A DNA stretch of 64,000 nucleotides from a bacterium (GCA_963669175.1 OY769902.1:1376001-1440000); one strand, 5' to 3'; counted from the first letter of the stretch, positions 18,833 to 30,194 are shown. The notes: generated by a model not told the origin, from the sequence alone. Numbers and translations are program-made.

Positions 18833-20155
18833 ATGGCCGGATTCGACAAGATAGTCGTGCCGAAAGAAGGCGGAAAGATTACCGTCGTCGACGGGAAGAT
18901 GGTTGTGCCGGACAATCCCATTCTTCCTTTTATTGAAGGCGACGGAATCGGTCGTGACATCTGGAAGGCATCGGTACGTGTGTTTGACGCTGCTGTGAAA
19001 AAGGCGTATGGCGGCAAACGCAAGGTTCACTGGATGGAAGTTTACGCCGGTGAAAAGGCTGTTGAGGTCTATGGTTCGAACACGTGGATGCCGGAAGAGA
19101 CTTTTGACGCAATTAGTGAGTATCTGGTAGCCATCAAGGGCCCCTTGACCACTCCGGTGGGTGGCGGCTTTCGTAGCTTGAATGTTACCCTGCGACAGGT
19201 GTTGAATCTTTACGCCTGCGTGCGTCCATGCAAGTATTTTGAAGGAGTGCCCAGTCCATCTCGCATGGCACATGAGATGGACGTGATCATTTTCCGTGAG
19301 AATACGGAAGATGTGTATTCCGGTGTTGAGTTTGAGAGCGGTTCTGTTGAAGCGACCCGTTTGATCAAGATTTTGAAGGAAGAGTACGGGAAGAAGCAGA
19401 TTCGTGACGATGCTGGTATCGGCATCAAGCCGATCAGTCCTACCGGAACCAAGCAGCTTGCCCGCAAAGCGATACAGTGGGCGATTGACAAGAATCTTCC
19501 GAGTGTTACCCTGATGCACAAGGGTAACATCATGAAGTTTACCGAAGGCATGTTCAAGAATTGGGGCTACGAGGTTGCGGTTGAAGAATACCGTGATCAT
19601 GTCATCACAGAGGCTGAACTCTGGGATGAGACAGTAGCTGAAGACGGCGTGACTCCGATTCAGGCTCCCGGCAAGTATGCGGATCTTCGTGGCGGAAAGC
19701 CTGCGGGTGATCCCAATGGTCGCATAGTTGTGAAAGACCGTATTGCGGACAGCATGTTCCAGCAGATCCAGACTCGTCCGGGTGAGTATTCTGTGATCTG
19801 CACGCCGAACTTGAATGGTGACTTCATCAGTGACGCAGCCGCAGCGCTTGTTGGTGGCCTGGGGCTGGCGGCTGGCGCCAATATCGGCGATTACGTCGGC
19901 TTGTTTGAAGCAACTCATGGCACCGCGCCGAAGTACGCGGACAAGGACGTCATCAACCCGAGTTCTGTGATGTTGTCGGGCAAGATGATGTTTGATTACA
20001 TGGGTTGGGATGAAGTCGGCACGATTCTTCAGGATGCGATCCAGAAGACGATCCTCCAGAAGCGAGTTACCTATGACTTGCACCGGTTGATGGAAGGGGC
20101 GACAAAGCTGAAAACCTCTGAATACGCCTCTGCAATCATCGAAAATATGGGCTGA
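18833..20155 (+). CDS. icd: Isocitrate dehydrogenase (NADP, E. coli type)
   Basis: [45 protein letters not shown] and [12 protein letters not shown]. Start taken at MAGFDK after GGAGG. Confidence 0.97.
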   Translation: MAGFDKIVVPKEGGKITVVDGKMVVPDNPILPFIEGDGIGRDIWKASVRVFDAAVKKAYGGKRKVHWMEVYAGEKAVEVYGSNTWMPEETFDAISEYLVAIKGPLTTPVGGGFRSLNVTLRQVLNLYACVRPCKYFEGVPSPSRMAHEMDVIIFRENTEDVYSGVEFESGSVEATRLIKILKEEYGKKQIRDDAGIGIKPISPTGTKQLARKAIQWAIDKNLPSVTLMHKGNIMKFTEGMFKNWGYEVAVEEYRDHVITEAELWDETVAEDGVTPIQAPGKYADLRGGKPAGDPNGRIVVKDRIADSMFQQIQTRPGEYSVICTPNLNGDFISDAAAALVGGLGLAAGANIGDYVGLFEATHGTAPKYADKDVINPSSVMLSGKMMFDYMGWDEVGTILQDAIQKTILQKRVTYDLHRLMEGATKLKTSEYASAIIENMG

Positions 20156-20165
20156 AGATAAAGTT

Positions 20166-20204
20166 GCGGGATGATGCGATTATTTCGCATCATCCCGCTT
20201 TTTT
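20166..20204 (+). terminator. Rho-independent terminator after icd
   Basis: GCGGGATGATGCGA / TCGCATCATCCCGC stem followed by TTTTTT. Confidence 0.85.
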
Positions 20205-20400
20205 CGTTGTTGGTCCGGAAACTTGGCAGGTTGCTTTTTCCAGAAACGAGAAAAAGTGAAAACCTAGATTGTCAAGGTGTTACCGGACTGAGAAATCTGG
20301 TGGGCGATTGTTAGGATTTTGCTTGCATTTGCTTGCGAGTCATGCAGGCCATGCCCTACCTTGTCGCCACAGATTTTGACCAACCTGGATGGAGGTGCGT

Positions 20401-23400
20401 ATGCGATCCTGGCGCGTACGTGATTGGAAGTTTTTGCTTACAGTGGTTGGGGTATGTATTCTCCTGCCTATTGTTGCACTCGCGCAAACCGGTAAGATCA
20501 AGGGATCGGTGGTAGACAAGGACACGGGTGAACCGATTATCGGCGCTAACGTGCTGATTGAGGGAACTACTCGTGGCGCTGCTACTGACCTTGACGGTGT
20601 TTTCTTCATTATCGGTGTTGGACCTGGCAAGTACACGATTAAAGCCTCATCGGTCGGGTATCATGAGATGACCTATGAGGAAGTGGAAGTCAACATCGAC
20701 AGAACCACTACCCTCGAGTTCAAGCTGACCCCAAGTACGATGAAGCTGGAAGAAGTTGTCGTCACGTATGAGAAACCGGTTGTAGAACTGGGGACGACTT
20801 CGAGTGTGACTCGTATTACGGGTGAATCCCTGCAAACCAGTGCGGTTGAAGATGTATCCGCTGTGCTGGAATCCATGCCGGGTTTCAAGCTGGACGAGGA
20901 AGGCAAGATCCACATTCGTGGTGGCCGTAACTCGGAAGCGCGATTTGTGGTTGACGGTATTGACAGCCGTGACCCGATCACCGGTGAAGTTCTGCCGATT
21001 AACCTGAATGCGGTAAACATTCAGGAAATCCAGATTCTTACCGGTGGTATGTCGGCGGAGTATGGTCAGGCGATGTCCGGTATCGTGAATATCACCACGC
21101 CGGAAGGTCAGCCGGACCGTTACAATGGTAGCGTTGAGTGGAGCCAGGATCATCTGTTCGATGACGAGAGCTTTAACCAGGATAAAGCCAATGCCTCCTT
21201 CGGAGGTCCGCTGCCATTAACCAAGAAGGTCTTTGGCCGTCCGATTACCTTCTATCTCACGGCCAACATGAACCTGACCGACACCTATACGCCACTGGGT
21301 GTGGAATACAATGCAAACGACTATGCCGGTTTCGGCTTCAATGTCCCCCAGCGTCAATACAACGACTGGTCGACATCGATGAAGTTCGCCCTGGAAATGG
21401 GCAATGGTCGTAAGATGTCGTGTTACTACAGCACACGTTCCCGTGTCTGGGATCTGTACCCGGTAGGCTACGGCGATGGCACCGTTCCCGGTTCCTTCAC
21501 GTGGCGTTACCTGTACGACTTGGAAAATCGTCCGACGGCGCAGGATCGTCGTAGCGCTATTAACATTGAGTATACGCACCAGGTCAGCAGTAAAACGCTG
21601 TACAAGTTTACCGTAGGCCGGCAGGTGCTGAACGCCAGTTGCACACCAGGAAACAAGACACCGGGCGAGTTCACGCTGGCGGATGAAGTGGAAGAGTTTG
21701 AAGCGTCCGGTGTTGACCAGAACAACAACGGTGTCTGGGACCAGGATGCTGACAATGACGGCATCGTGCATAGCGACACCTATGACGAGCTGGCCATTGA
21801 CGAGGATGGAAATAACTACACCGATGGTTATTTCGATTCCAACTACAACGACATCTACGATGGCGGTGGCGAAGGGTACGAAGACCTCAACATGAACGGT
21901 CGCTGGGATCCAGGCGAAGACTGGATCGACCTGAATGCGGACGGGGTCTACGATTATGCTGAACCCTGGACGGATCGTGCTGACCCGGTCACCGGCGCAA
22001 ACAATATCGGCGTCTGGGATCCCTGGGATCCTTACGTGGACCTGAACGGTAACGGCACCTGGGATCCGGCGGAACCGCAGCTTCCCGAACAGGATACCAA
22101 CGGCAATGGCCGCTGGGATGGTGAACGCTACCAGGATGCGAATGGCAACGGCGCCTTTGATCGCTGGGAAGCATTCACCGACTTGAACGGTGACGGCGTC
22201 TGGCAACAGGGTGAACCATTTGTCGACCTCAATGGTAACGGCATTCAGGATGATGGTGAAGGGTACGACGACAGCAACCTGAACGGCGAGATGGATCAGC
22301 AGGATCTCGTACCGATCAGCAACGGGTTGCCGGAAGATGATCCCGAACCGTTCTGGGATGGCGACCTTTATTATGATACAGGTGAACCGTTCATCGACCT
22401 TCCCGACCCGGTCACCGGTCTGTACAACGGCTATTGGGACCAGGGCGAACCTTTCTGGGATCTGCCTTCCTCAAACTCCGGCGCCCAGTTGGCCAGTATT
22501 ATCGGTTTCAACACTGAAATTCAGGGCGATCAGCAGTGGACAACCCCGACCCTGAACGGTCAGTACGATGCGCCGAACAACTACTTCGACGAGTACGAAC
22601 TCTTCACCTTCTTCAGCGGTGACAAGAGCTACCCGATCGGGTACACATGGAATCCGGACAACCACGGTTCAGAATGGGTATACACGGACTTCTACCAGTA
22701 CAATCCGAATCGCAGTACCTGGACAAACCGTACCCTGCATGATACGGACAACCCTTCCTTCGACGTACCGAACTTCCAGTACGATGAAGGCGAAGAAAAA
22801 TACATCGACTATAACGGCAATGGTGAATGGAACGGTGTTGATCTGTTCCTCAACCCGGGTCGTTGGGATAACGCTGCTGTCTGGTCAAAGCGCCGTACGG
22901 AAGAGTACAGCTTTGACTTCTCGTGGCAAAGCCAGGTGCATGAATTCCACGAAGTGAAAGCCGGTCTGGAAGGCAAGCACTATATCATGAGCAACCAGTA
23001 CATCTCCAACCCGGATCAGTTGTACACCGGTGAAGCAAATGTATCCTCAAGCGAACCCTGGCCCGAAAGAGGCTCTGTACGCGACTTCTGGGAATACCGT
23101 CCCTGGGAAGGCGCGGCCTACGTGCAGGACAAGATGGAATTTGAGGGACTGATTGTTCAGGCTGGTTTACGTACTGACTTTGTTGTTCACGATGACAAGG
23201 TTGTAGAAGAGCAGCGTCGTCGTTACGAAGCTGGTGAACCTGGCGCAGTCGAAGCAGATCGTTCACAGTTCCAGTTTGCGCCACGTTTGGGTATCAGTCA
23301 CCCGATCACGGCGCAGAGCAAGCTGTACTTTAACTACGGTCACTTCTACCAGCGTCCGGCGTTTACCTACTTCTACAAAGCGACAACGACAAACCTGGAC

Positions 23401-24228
23401 CAGGGGACGGTTGGTAACCCGAACCTGAAGTTTGAAAAGACCGTTACCTATGAATTGGGTGTTCACACCCAGCTCACATCAGACCTGTCAGTTCAGATCG
23501 CCGGTTACTATCGTGACATTTACGATATGATTTCGACGGTTGCTGAGACAGATGGTCCGGTAACAATTTACAAGTACATCAACCTTGACTATGGTCGTGC
23601 ACGTGGTCTGGAAGTAAAACTGGAAAAGAAGTTCAGCGCGCACTGGCAGGCCAGTTTCAACTATGACTTCTCGTACGCATATGGGAAGGCATCAGGCGCC
23701 AACGATGAATTCGAACGTCGTTCGCTGAATGTTCCGGTAAACTACGATGAGCATCCGCTGAACTGGGATGAAACCCACCGGATTACAGCGAATGCCGCGT
23801 TGATGTACCAGAAAGATGATCATCCCTACCTGTTTGGTTTCCGGTTGCCCGATTACTGGCTGATGAGTGTCAACTGGCAGTTTGGTTCCGGACGTCCGTA
23901 TACCCCGTCAGAGTACACCACGGGAATCGATGCGAACCTGATTCTCCAGAACTCTGAAAGAATGCCCTGGACAGAAGAAACGACGTTGCGTTTTGAAAAG
24001 TACTTCGACATCGGTTCTGTCAAGACCATTTGGGGTATTACGATCAACAACCTGTGGGATAAAAAGAACTGGAACAGTGTCTACACGGAGACTGGTAGTC
24101 CGATCTACGCGATTCACCCGCTGAATCCGGACTACAACCCGTTCTTGAATCGTTACGAATATGACGCTAACCCGCGTAACTACGGTTCCGGGCGTCAGAT
24201 TCTTCTCAAAGTCGGTATTGAGTACTAA
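20401..24228 (+). CDS. TonB-dependent receptor with N-terminal carboxypeptidase-regulatory-like domain and a large acidic repeat insertion
   Basis: GKIKGSVVDKDTGEPIIGANV; plug IRGGR..E...VDGI and GGMSAEYG.A.SG; barrel PRLGIS and GNPNLK.EKT..YE.G; terminal aromatic residue (GIEY). Start taken at 20401 after GGAGG. Confidence 0.9.
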   Translation: MRSWRVRDWKFLLTVVGVCILLPIVALAQTGKIKGSVVDKDTGEPIIGANVLIEGTTRGAATDLDGVFFIIGVGPGKYTIKASSVGYHEMTYEEVEVNIDRTTTLEFKLTPSTMKLEEVVVTYEKPVVELGTTSSVTRITGESLQTSAVEDVSAVLESMPGFKLDEEGKIHIRGGRNSEARFVVDGIDSRDPITGEVLPINLNAVNIQEIQILTGGMSAEYGQAMSGIVNITTPEGQPDRYNGSVEWSQDHLFDDESFNQDKANASFGGPLPLTKKVFGRPITFYLTANMNLTDTYTPLGVEYNANDYAGFGFNVPQRQYNDWSTSMKFALEMGNGRKMSCYYSTRSRVWDLYPVGYGDGTVPGSFTWRYLYDLENRPTAQDRRSAINIEYTHQVSSKTLYKFTVGRQVLNASCTPGNKTPGEFTLADEVEEFEASGVDQNNNGVWDQDADNDGIVHSDTYDELAIDEDGNNYTDGYFDSNYNDIYDGGGEGYEDLNMNGRWDPGEDWIDLNADGVYDYAEPWTDRADPVTGANNIGVWDPWDPYVDLNGNGTWDPAEPQLPEQDTNGNGRWDGERYQDANGNGAFDRWEAFTDLNGDGVWQQGEPFVDLNGNGIQDDGEGYDDSNLNGEMDQQDLVPISNGLPEDDPEPFWDGDLYYDTGEPFIDLPDPVTGLYNGYWDQGEPFWDLPSSNSGAQLASIIGFNTEIQGDQQWTTPTLNGQYDAPNNYFDEYELFTFFSGDKSYPIGYTWNPDNHGSEWVYTDFYQYNPNRSTWTNRTLHDTDNPSFDVPNFQYDEGEEKYIDYNGNGEWNGVDLFLNPGRWDNAAVWSKRRTEEYSFDFSWQSQVHEFHEVKAGLEGKHYIMSNQYISNPDQLYTGEANVSSSEPWPERGSVRDFWEYRPWEGAAYVQDKMEFEGLIVQAGLRTDFVVHDDKVVEEQRRRYEAGEPGAVEADRSQFQFAPRLGISHPITAQSKLYFNYGHFYQRPAFTYFYKATTTNLDQGTVGNPNLKFEKTVTYELGVHTQLTSDLSVQIAGYYRDIYDMISTVAETDGPVTIYKYINLDYGRARGLEVKLEKKFSAHWQASFNYDFSYAYGKASGANDEFERRSLNVPVNYDEHPLNWDETHRITANAALMYQKDDHPYLFGFRLPDYWLMSVNWQFGSGRPYTPSEYTTGIDANLILQNSERMPWTEETTLRFEKYFDIGSVKTIWGITINNLWDKKNWNSVYTETGSPIYAIHPLNPDYNPFLNRYEYDANPRNYGSGRQILLKVGIEY

Positions 24229-24243
24229 GGACAGGGGGCTGAC

Positions 24244-26253
24244 GTGGCAAAGCGTTTCTTAACCCTGACTGTCAGTGCAGTCATAGTATTGATGGCCCTT
24301 GGGCTGATGATCGGGTGTGATGATGATGATGACGGTGGCACCAGCGGACCTTCTGGGACACCGATCAATGGCGATCTTACCGGGACACTGGGAACCGGCG
24401 GGAGTCCATACCTGTTGAACGGTGATGCCGTTGTGCCGGATGGACAAAGCCTGACCATCGAACCGGGTGTCATTATCCGGGCAATTGACGGCTATTCCAT
24501 TACTGTCAATGGCCTGCTTGATGCACGCGGCACCGAAGATGCCCTGATCCGGTTCACTTCTGCTGAATCTCCCAAGCAGAAAGGCGACTGGGGCGGTATT
24601 TACTTCGTTGAAGCGGATGGAAACTCGGTGATGGAGTATTGCTGGGTGTCCTATGCGAACAAGTACGATATTGTTGACGACACGACCCGTGCCTATGATG
24701 ATCTGGGCAACCCGAGTATCGACAGGGTCTTATATCGTGGCGCAATTACAGCGTACAACTGTTCGCCGACAATCTCTCGCTGTATTGTTGACAACGCCGG
24801 GTACGACGGTATTCACATTGTCGGTGATGCAAGCCCGGTTGTCCAGTTCAATACACTGGCGTTGAACGCATTTAACGGTATGCGTATTGAGCCTGATTGG
24901 CTGGTTGATCAGTCGGTATACGGTTATCCGATGATCCACAACAATATCATTGTACAGAACGAAGACGCCGGTATTCGTGCGCCAAGCCTGTACGATGCGT
25001 ATATGGACAACGCGTGGATCGGTGATAATTTCTCTTACAACGACATCTACAACAACAAGTCCCCGAATTATCTTCCGTTGAAACTCGGTGAACTGGTTTC
25101 GAATGATGTTCACCTTGACCCGATGTTTGTCGACATCTCCAACGAAGATTATACCCTGCATCCTTGCAGCGGTGCGCTTGATAAGGGAACTCCGGTAGCT
25201 TCGTATAGCACTGACCCGGATGGCACCTTGCCTGATATGGGTGTTTTCCCGCATTACCAGGCGGAGAACGAACTCGCACACACCTTGATTGGCGATCGTC
25301 TTCACCTGACGACCGATTTTGAGTATTACCTGGTTACCTGTGATGTGGAAGTAGCCGAAGGCACGACACTCACGATCGACCCGGGTGTCACAATACTCTT
25401 CGCCGAACCTTTCTCGTTTGTGATCAAGGGCGAGATTCAGGCGAGCGGCACAGCTTCACAGCCGATTCTTTTCTCTTCGTATAGTGAAGAGCCGACACGC
25501 CTGGACTGGAACAACATCCTGTTTGATGGCGCTTCCAACAACAGCGTGATGGAACACGTGATCGTGGAATATGCGTCTGTCGATGATGTGGCAGAACCAT
25601 ATTACATTGGTGCGATTTCCATTGCCGGTTGTTCCCCGACCCTGCGCAATATTGAAGTTCGTATGTGTTACAACACAGCGATTTTCTGCGACGACGGCGC
25701 TTCTCCGTTGCTGGAGAATATCAACATCAACAATGTGGGCATGTACGGCATTTACTGCGCCAAGAACAGCGGTCCCCATATTCAGGGTGTTGAGATCAGC
25801 ACAGTTCAGGGATATGGTATTTACTGCTGGCGCAACAGTTCACCGCAGATCAACAATGTCCTGATCCACAACGTGAATGTGTCGGGGATTGTGCTGGAGC
25901 AGGCTTGCAGTCCAACCATTTCAAACGTGACAGTTTACCAGCCGTACAACAACGGTATCCGGATAAAAGGCAACAGCATGCCGATCGTAACCAACAGCAT
26001 TTTCGCCGAGTACGGTGAATATGGCGCCAAGGCGGAGATTTCTTCGCTTGGCTCGTTTGATTACGTCTGCCTGTATTCCGCGACTGGTGAGGAGACGGTT
26101 GGAAATATTTCCCTCGCTAACCTCTTCGAAGCGGATCCCCGGTTTACGGATCCCGAGAATGGCGATTTCCATCTCACATCCTCCAGTCCCTTGAAGAATG
26201 CCGGAAGTGACGGCACTGATATTGGGGCGTTCGGCGGTAGCTTTAGCTGGTAA
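24244..26253 (+). CDS. Lipoprotein with two right-handed parallel beta-helix modules
   Basis: Lipobox MIGC followed by DDDDD; two SPY...LTI.PGV...W.GI caps; SP.I.N repeats; DP.F...D..L...DG..D(I/M)G ends. Confidence 0.8.
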   Translation: MAKRFLTLTVSAVIVLMALGLMIGCDDDDDGGTSGPSGTPINGDLTGTLGTGGSPYLLNGDAVVPDGQSLTIEPGVIIRAIDGYSITVNGLLDARGTEDALIRFTSAESPKQKGDWGGIYFVEADGNSVMEYCWVSYANKYDIVDDTTRAYDDLGNPSIDRVLYRGAITAYNCSPTISRCIVDNAGYDGIHIVGDASPVVQFNTLALNAFNGMRIEPDWLVDQSVYGYPMIHNNIIVQNEDAGIRAPSLYDAYMDNAWIGDNFSYNDIYNNKSPNYLPLKLGELVSNDVHLDPMFVDISNEDYTLHPCSGALDKGTPVASYSTDPDGTLPDMGVFPHYQAENELAHTLIGDRLHLTTDFEYYLVTCDVEVAEGTTLTIDPGVTILFAEPFSFVIKGEIQASGTASQPILFSSYSEEPTRLDWNNILFDGASNNSVMEHVIVEYASVDDVAEPYYIGAISIAGCSPTLRNIEVRMCYNTAIFCDDGASPLLENININNVGMYGIYCAKNSGPHIQGVEISTVQGYGIYCWRNSSPQINNVLIHNVNVSGIVLEQACSPTISNVTVYQPYNNGIRIKGNSMPIVTNSIFAEYGEYGAKAEISSLGSFDYVCLYSATGEETVGNISLANLFEADPRFTDPENGDFHLTSSSPLKNAGSDGTDIGAFGGSFSW

Positions 26254-26303
26254 AAAGTCAACGGCTCGTTGTAAATAGAGCAACATAGACGGACGGTGTA
26301 CGG

Positions 26304-29069
26304 ATGAGCGGATTAAGAAAATGGGTAGCATGGGGGACGGCAGCGGCAACGGTTCTAATGTTATGTGGAGCCGTACCGGTCTTGGCCAGAACTGACGTTC
26401 CCGGACCCGGCCCGGTAGACCCCGGGTATCGAGCCATGCTGGATGATATCCAGATTGAAAACCGCGTACATGACGTGGGTAAAATCTGGATGAACATTAC
26501 CAACTACGGTTATTTTGGTAACAGTGGTGAAACTACCTCGGACGCCATGGATGACCCATGTACCAATGAATGGGCGCCCCAGGCGGAATTTCCGGGTGGT
26601 AGTGATGTTGAATATCTCTTCCAGGGTGGTTTGTGGATTGGCGCCATGATCAAGGAAGAAGGCTTTGAGTACCCAAGGGTTTCACATGGTCTGGAAGGCT
26701 GGGTCGCCAGTGCGACCAACCAGTTCCTTGGCCAGGAATTCTTCCCCGGCATCTCACCTGGAAACGGCATCACTGAACGGACCACACGGCTGCAGTCGTA
26801 TAACTGCCTTGGTGACTTCATTTCCAGTGATTCGGCAGTATCCGAGCAGGATTTGATTGCCGTCATGACAGATACGGGACGCACAGACCCGGCAGGCCGT
26901 ACAATCACCCTGACCAAGGACGGTGTTCATATTCCGCTCGGTATCAAGGTGACCCAAAAGTCTTATGCGTGGTCTTACAACTATGCTCAGGACTTTATCC
27001 TGATCGACTACGAGATCGAGAATATCGCGTCGAACTTCCTGAAGAACCTGTATATCGGTCTTTATGTGGATGCGGATGTGGGCCGGTTGGGTGAAACACA
27101 GCGTCACACAGATGATATCTGCGGGTTCGTAAAGAACTACGATTACCAGCCCGAGGGCGCGGATGCACCGATCAACCTTACGATCAATACGGCTTATATC
27201 GCCGATAATGACGGTCGTCCACCGGACATTGCATCCGGAACCAACTACTCCTGTCCCGGTGTGACCGGTACTCGAGTTGTCCGAGCGCCAAACCCGAAAC
27301 TTCGTACCTCCTTCAACTGGTGGATTTCCAACGGTGACGAGACGTTGGACTTCGGCCCGGCTTGGAAGGATGACGGCGCACCCGGTTCCTGGACTGCAAC
27401 ACTTGGTACTCCGGAAGATGATGCACGTAAATACTTCGTGCTGTCCAACCGTGAGTTCGACTATGACCAGGTGTATGTGGATGACCCGGACTACATTGCC
27501 GCAAATCCGCAGGAATTCAGCAGTCGTTTTGCCGATGGCGACACGCCTACGGAAAGTCATGACTGGTATATCCCGGGGGTCGATGATAATACACCGCCTG
27601 AAATACCACCGGATATTGCCGACGGTTATGATACTCGTTACCTGATTTCTTGGGGGCCGTTGGGTATCTTCGACTTTATCGATGAATCCGGTAACCGCGT
27701 TTACCGTCTGAATCCTGGTGAAAAGTTCTCCATGACGATCGCGTATGTCGGTGGTCAGAACTTCCATGACCGGAACAACCCGCAGGATTCCAATACCAAC
27801 CTGGATCCGAGCAAGTACGATTTCTCCGATTTGCAGTACAATGCGGATTGGGCGGCCAAAGTCTATGACAACCCGATGGTTGACACCAATGGCGATGGCT
27901 GGTTCGGTGAAGATGTCGGTCTGGATAGTATTTTTGCTGACACAGTCGGCAAGACAGTACAGTTTGTTGACATTTCCGGTGTGACCCGGCAGTACACCTA
28001 CGAAGGTCCGGACGAAGGGGAAGGCGATGGCGTCCTGCAGGCTGCAGAAGACATCAACGCTTTCCGTCCGACGTTTGTCGATTACACATTCAACAACGAA
28101 TTGTTTGATCAGGGTGACGGTGTTGCAGACTTTCAGGGTCCGCCTCCGCCGCCGGTGCCGGTTATTGAATATGAAGTGACTGAGGAAGACCTGATTCTGC
28201 TGTGGGGCAAACTGCCGTCAGAAGATCCCGCATACGTAGACCCGTTCAGCCGTTTGCAGGACTTTGAAGGTTATCGTATTTACGTGTCAAACAACGGTCA
28301 GGAAAACACGTTCAGTTTCCTTGCCCAGTATGATATTGTAGACTTCGCTTATTACAGCGAACGTGATTCGCTGATGTCGGTGCCTGTAATAACAGATAAT
28401 CCGGATACTCTGGACCCGACCATCGTCGACCGGTATGGCACAGTGGGGTATTTGCAGCCGGTAGGCCCGAACGTGGGCATGGACGCCATTTTTGCTTCTG
28501 CATCGAGCTACACCTACCGTGTACCTAACGCCAACCCGATGGTGCCACGGTACTACTGTATCACTGCTTATGACTATGGTGATCCTTTCTCCGGGACAGA
28601 GCAGCTTGAAACCGCGAAGACAGCCAACATGCTTTACATGGCGCCTTCCGGTACCCCGAGGAAGAAGCCGGGTGTAGTTCCCAACCCTTACCGGGCGGAC
28701 CAGAACTACACGAATCGTCATATGCAGGTTTTGTTTGAAAGTGACACGACGTTTGTCAGTTGGGAAAATCGTGATGATGGAACCAGCGATTTCTTCCCGC
28801 AGACTGACCGTCGCATATACTTCTATAACCTGCCCAGGCAGTGCCTGATTCGAATTTTCACCGTATCGGGCGACCTGGTACAGATCGTAGACCACAACGT
28901 GCATGGCAACCGTATTTCAACCTGGAGTTCAGATTATGCTGAAGTCTGGGATTTGAACAGCCGGAACCAGCAGCAGGTGGTATCAGGTCTGTATTTGTTC
29001 AGCGTCGAGGACATGACGCCTGAGAACAAGGGGCACATTGATGTGGGTAAATTTGTCATCATTCGTTAG
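26304..29069 (+). CDS. Secreted hypothetical protein with C-terminal T9SS-CTD/FlgD-Ig-like domain
   Basis: Signal peptide; N-terminal HDVG.IWMNITNYG...EFPGGS..YLFQGGLWIG; C-terminal VVPNPY...F.NLP...IRIFTVSGDLV...WDL...SGLYLF.V...GKFVIIR. Confidence 0.75.
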   Translation: MSGLRKWVAWGTAAATVLMLCGAVPVLARTDVPGPGPVDPGYRAMLDDIQIENRVHDVGKIWMNITNYGYFGNSGETTSDAMDDPCTNEWAPQAEFPGGSDVEYLFQGGLWIGAMIKEEGFEYPRVSHGLEGWVASATNQFLGQEFFPGISPGNGITERTTRLQSYNCLGDFISSDSAVSEQDLIAVMTDTGRTDPAGRTITLTKDGVHIPLGIKVTQKSYAWSYNYAQDFILIDYEIENIASNFLKNLYIGLYVDADVGRLGETQRHTDDICGFVKNYDYQPEGADAPINLTINTAYIADNDGRPPDIASGTNYSCPGVTGTRVVRAPNPKLRTSFNWWISNGDETLDFGPAWKDDGAPGSWTATLGTPEDDARKYFVLSNREFDYDQVYVDDPDYIAANPQEFSSRFADGDTPTESHDWYIPGVDDNTPPEIPPDIADGYDTRYLISWGPLGIFDFIDESGNRVYRLNPGEKFSMTIAYVGGQNFHDRNNPQDSNTNLDPSKYDFSDLQYNADWAAKVYDNPMVDTNGDGWFGEDVGLDSIFADTVGKTVQFVDISGVTRQYTYEGPDEGEGDGVLQAAEDINAFRPTFVDYTFNNELFDQGDGVADFQGPPPPPVPVIEYEVTEEDLILLWGKLPSEDPAYVDPFSRLQDFEGYRIYVSNNGQENTFSFLAQYDIVDFAYYSERDSLMSVPVITDNPDTLDPTIVDRYGTVGYLQPVGPNVGMDAIFASASSYTYRVPNANPMVPRYYCITAYDYGDPFSGTEQLETAKTANMLYMAPSGTPRKKPGVVPNPYRADQNYTNRHMQVLFESDTTFVSWENRDDGTSDFFPQTDRRIYFYNLPRQCLIRIFTVSGDLVQIVDHNVHGNRISTWSSDYAEVWDLNSRNQQQVVSGLYLFSVEDMTPENKGHIDVGKFVIIR

Positions 29070-29082
29070 GAAGGGAGGAGCC

Positions 29083-30108
29083 ATGACAAAAACGCGCTGG
29101 ATATGGACCGGCCTGCTGGTCATGCTGCTGCTCCCCGGGCTGGCTCTTGGCCAGGCGAAGGTGGGCACGACGGGCGTCAACTTCCTCAAAATCGGGGTGT
29201 CCGCTCGAGGCGTAGCATTGGCTGATGCGTTGTTACCGGTTGCTGATGATGCATCCACGCTGTACTACAACCCAGCAGGATTGATCAACCTGAAGAACCG
29301 TGAAGCTATTTTCACCCACGTGGTTCTTCCGGCTGGCATCAATTTCGATTATATCGGCTATGTTATGCCATTGCCTGCGTTGGGTGGTTCTTTCGGTGTC
29401 TCGGCTACAACTCTGTATACAGATGCCATGGACGAGACAACGCCGGAACGTGTTTACGGCACAGGGCGCACATTTACCGCTACCGACTTCAGCGCTGGAG
29501 CGACGTACGCACAGCGTCTGACAGATAAATTCTCGGTCGGTGGTACGGTAAAGTACCTGCAGGAAAACCTGGCGGATGAAGTTGCGCGTGGCTGGGCGGC
29601 AGACGTTGGTACGTTCTACGACACGGGGTGGCGGTCGGTTCGTATCGCCATGGTGATTTCGAACTTCGGTCCTGATATGGAGTTCATTTCGTCGCCATTC
29701 CCGCTTCCGTTGATTTTCAAATTCGGAATGTCGGCTGAACTGTACCAGACGGATCGTCACCGGATCACCATGACTGCCGAAGGCACCCACCCGAACGACA
29801 ATGTGGAAGAATTGCATTTCGGCTGGGAATATGCCTGGAACGAGACGGCATTCCTGCGTCTCGGGAAGAAGATGAACGGCCTGACGCGTGATAGCTGGGA
29901 TGATTACCAGTCAGATAAGCAATCCTACGATCCATTTGTAGAGTATCCGCTCTTCAATGAAGACGGCATGCTCTCGTTTGATGGTGTCAGCCTGGGGGGT
30001 GGTCTGCATCTGCGGAACATTGGTCTGATGGTAGACTATAGCTATGCTCAGTTGGGCTATCTGGGTGGTGTTCACAGGTTCAGCCTGGGATACAAGTTTA
30101 ATCGGTAA
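29083..30108 (+). CDS. PorV/PorQ-family (UPF0164, FadL-like) outer-membrane beta-barrel
   Basis: FLKIGVSARGVALADA...DDASTLYYNPAGL, A.DVG..Y, SNFG, PLP..F.FG and HRFSLGYKF. Start taken at MTKTRW after GGAGGAG. Confidence 0.85.
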   Translation: MTKTRWIWTGLLVMLLLPGLALGQAKVGTTGVNFLKIGVSARGVALADALLPVADDASTLYYNPAGLINLKNREAIFTHVVLPAGINFDYIGYVMPLPALGGSFGVSATTLYTDAMDETTPERVYGTGRTFTATDFSAGATYAQRLTDKFSVGGTVKYLQENLADEVARGWAADVGTFYDTGWRSVRIAMVISNFGPDMEFISSPFPLPLIFKFGMSAELYQTDRHRITMTAEGTHPNDNVEELHFGWEYAWNETAFLRLGKKMNGLTRDSWDDYQSDKQSYDPFVEYPLFNEDGMLSFDGVSLGGGLHLRNIGLMVDYSYAQLGYLGGVHRFSLGYKFNR

Positions 30109-30194
30109 GCGATCCGGCATTTGTCGGATTGTTGGCAGAGATAGTAAGTAGTAGTCTTGGCGGTGACAGACCGCAATAGAAAGGACGAGGTGGC

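Noticed and set aside
19620-19720. Extra loop in Icd ([27 protein letters not shown])
   Set aside because: This position is length-variable among bacterial Icd proteins, and all catalytic motifs are intact.
18809-20083. 424-aa antisense ORF over icd, and similar long shadow ORFs such as 21217-22206, 26754-27767, 54416-55297 and 57531-58256
   Set aside because: They lie opposite strongly conserved genes, have no motifs, and are expected from codon bias.
21690-22870. TBDR insertion as an intein or mobile insertion
   Set aside because: No Cys/Ser...His-Asn splice motifs or endonuclease signature, and the codon style matches the host gene.
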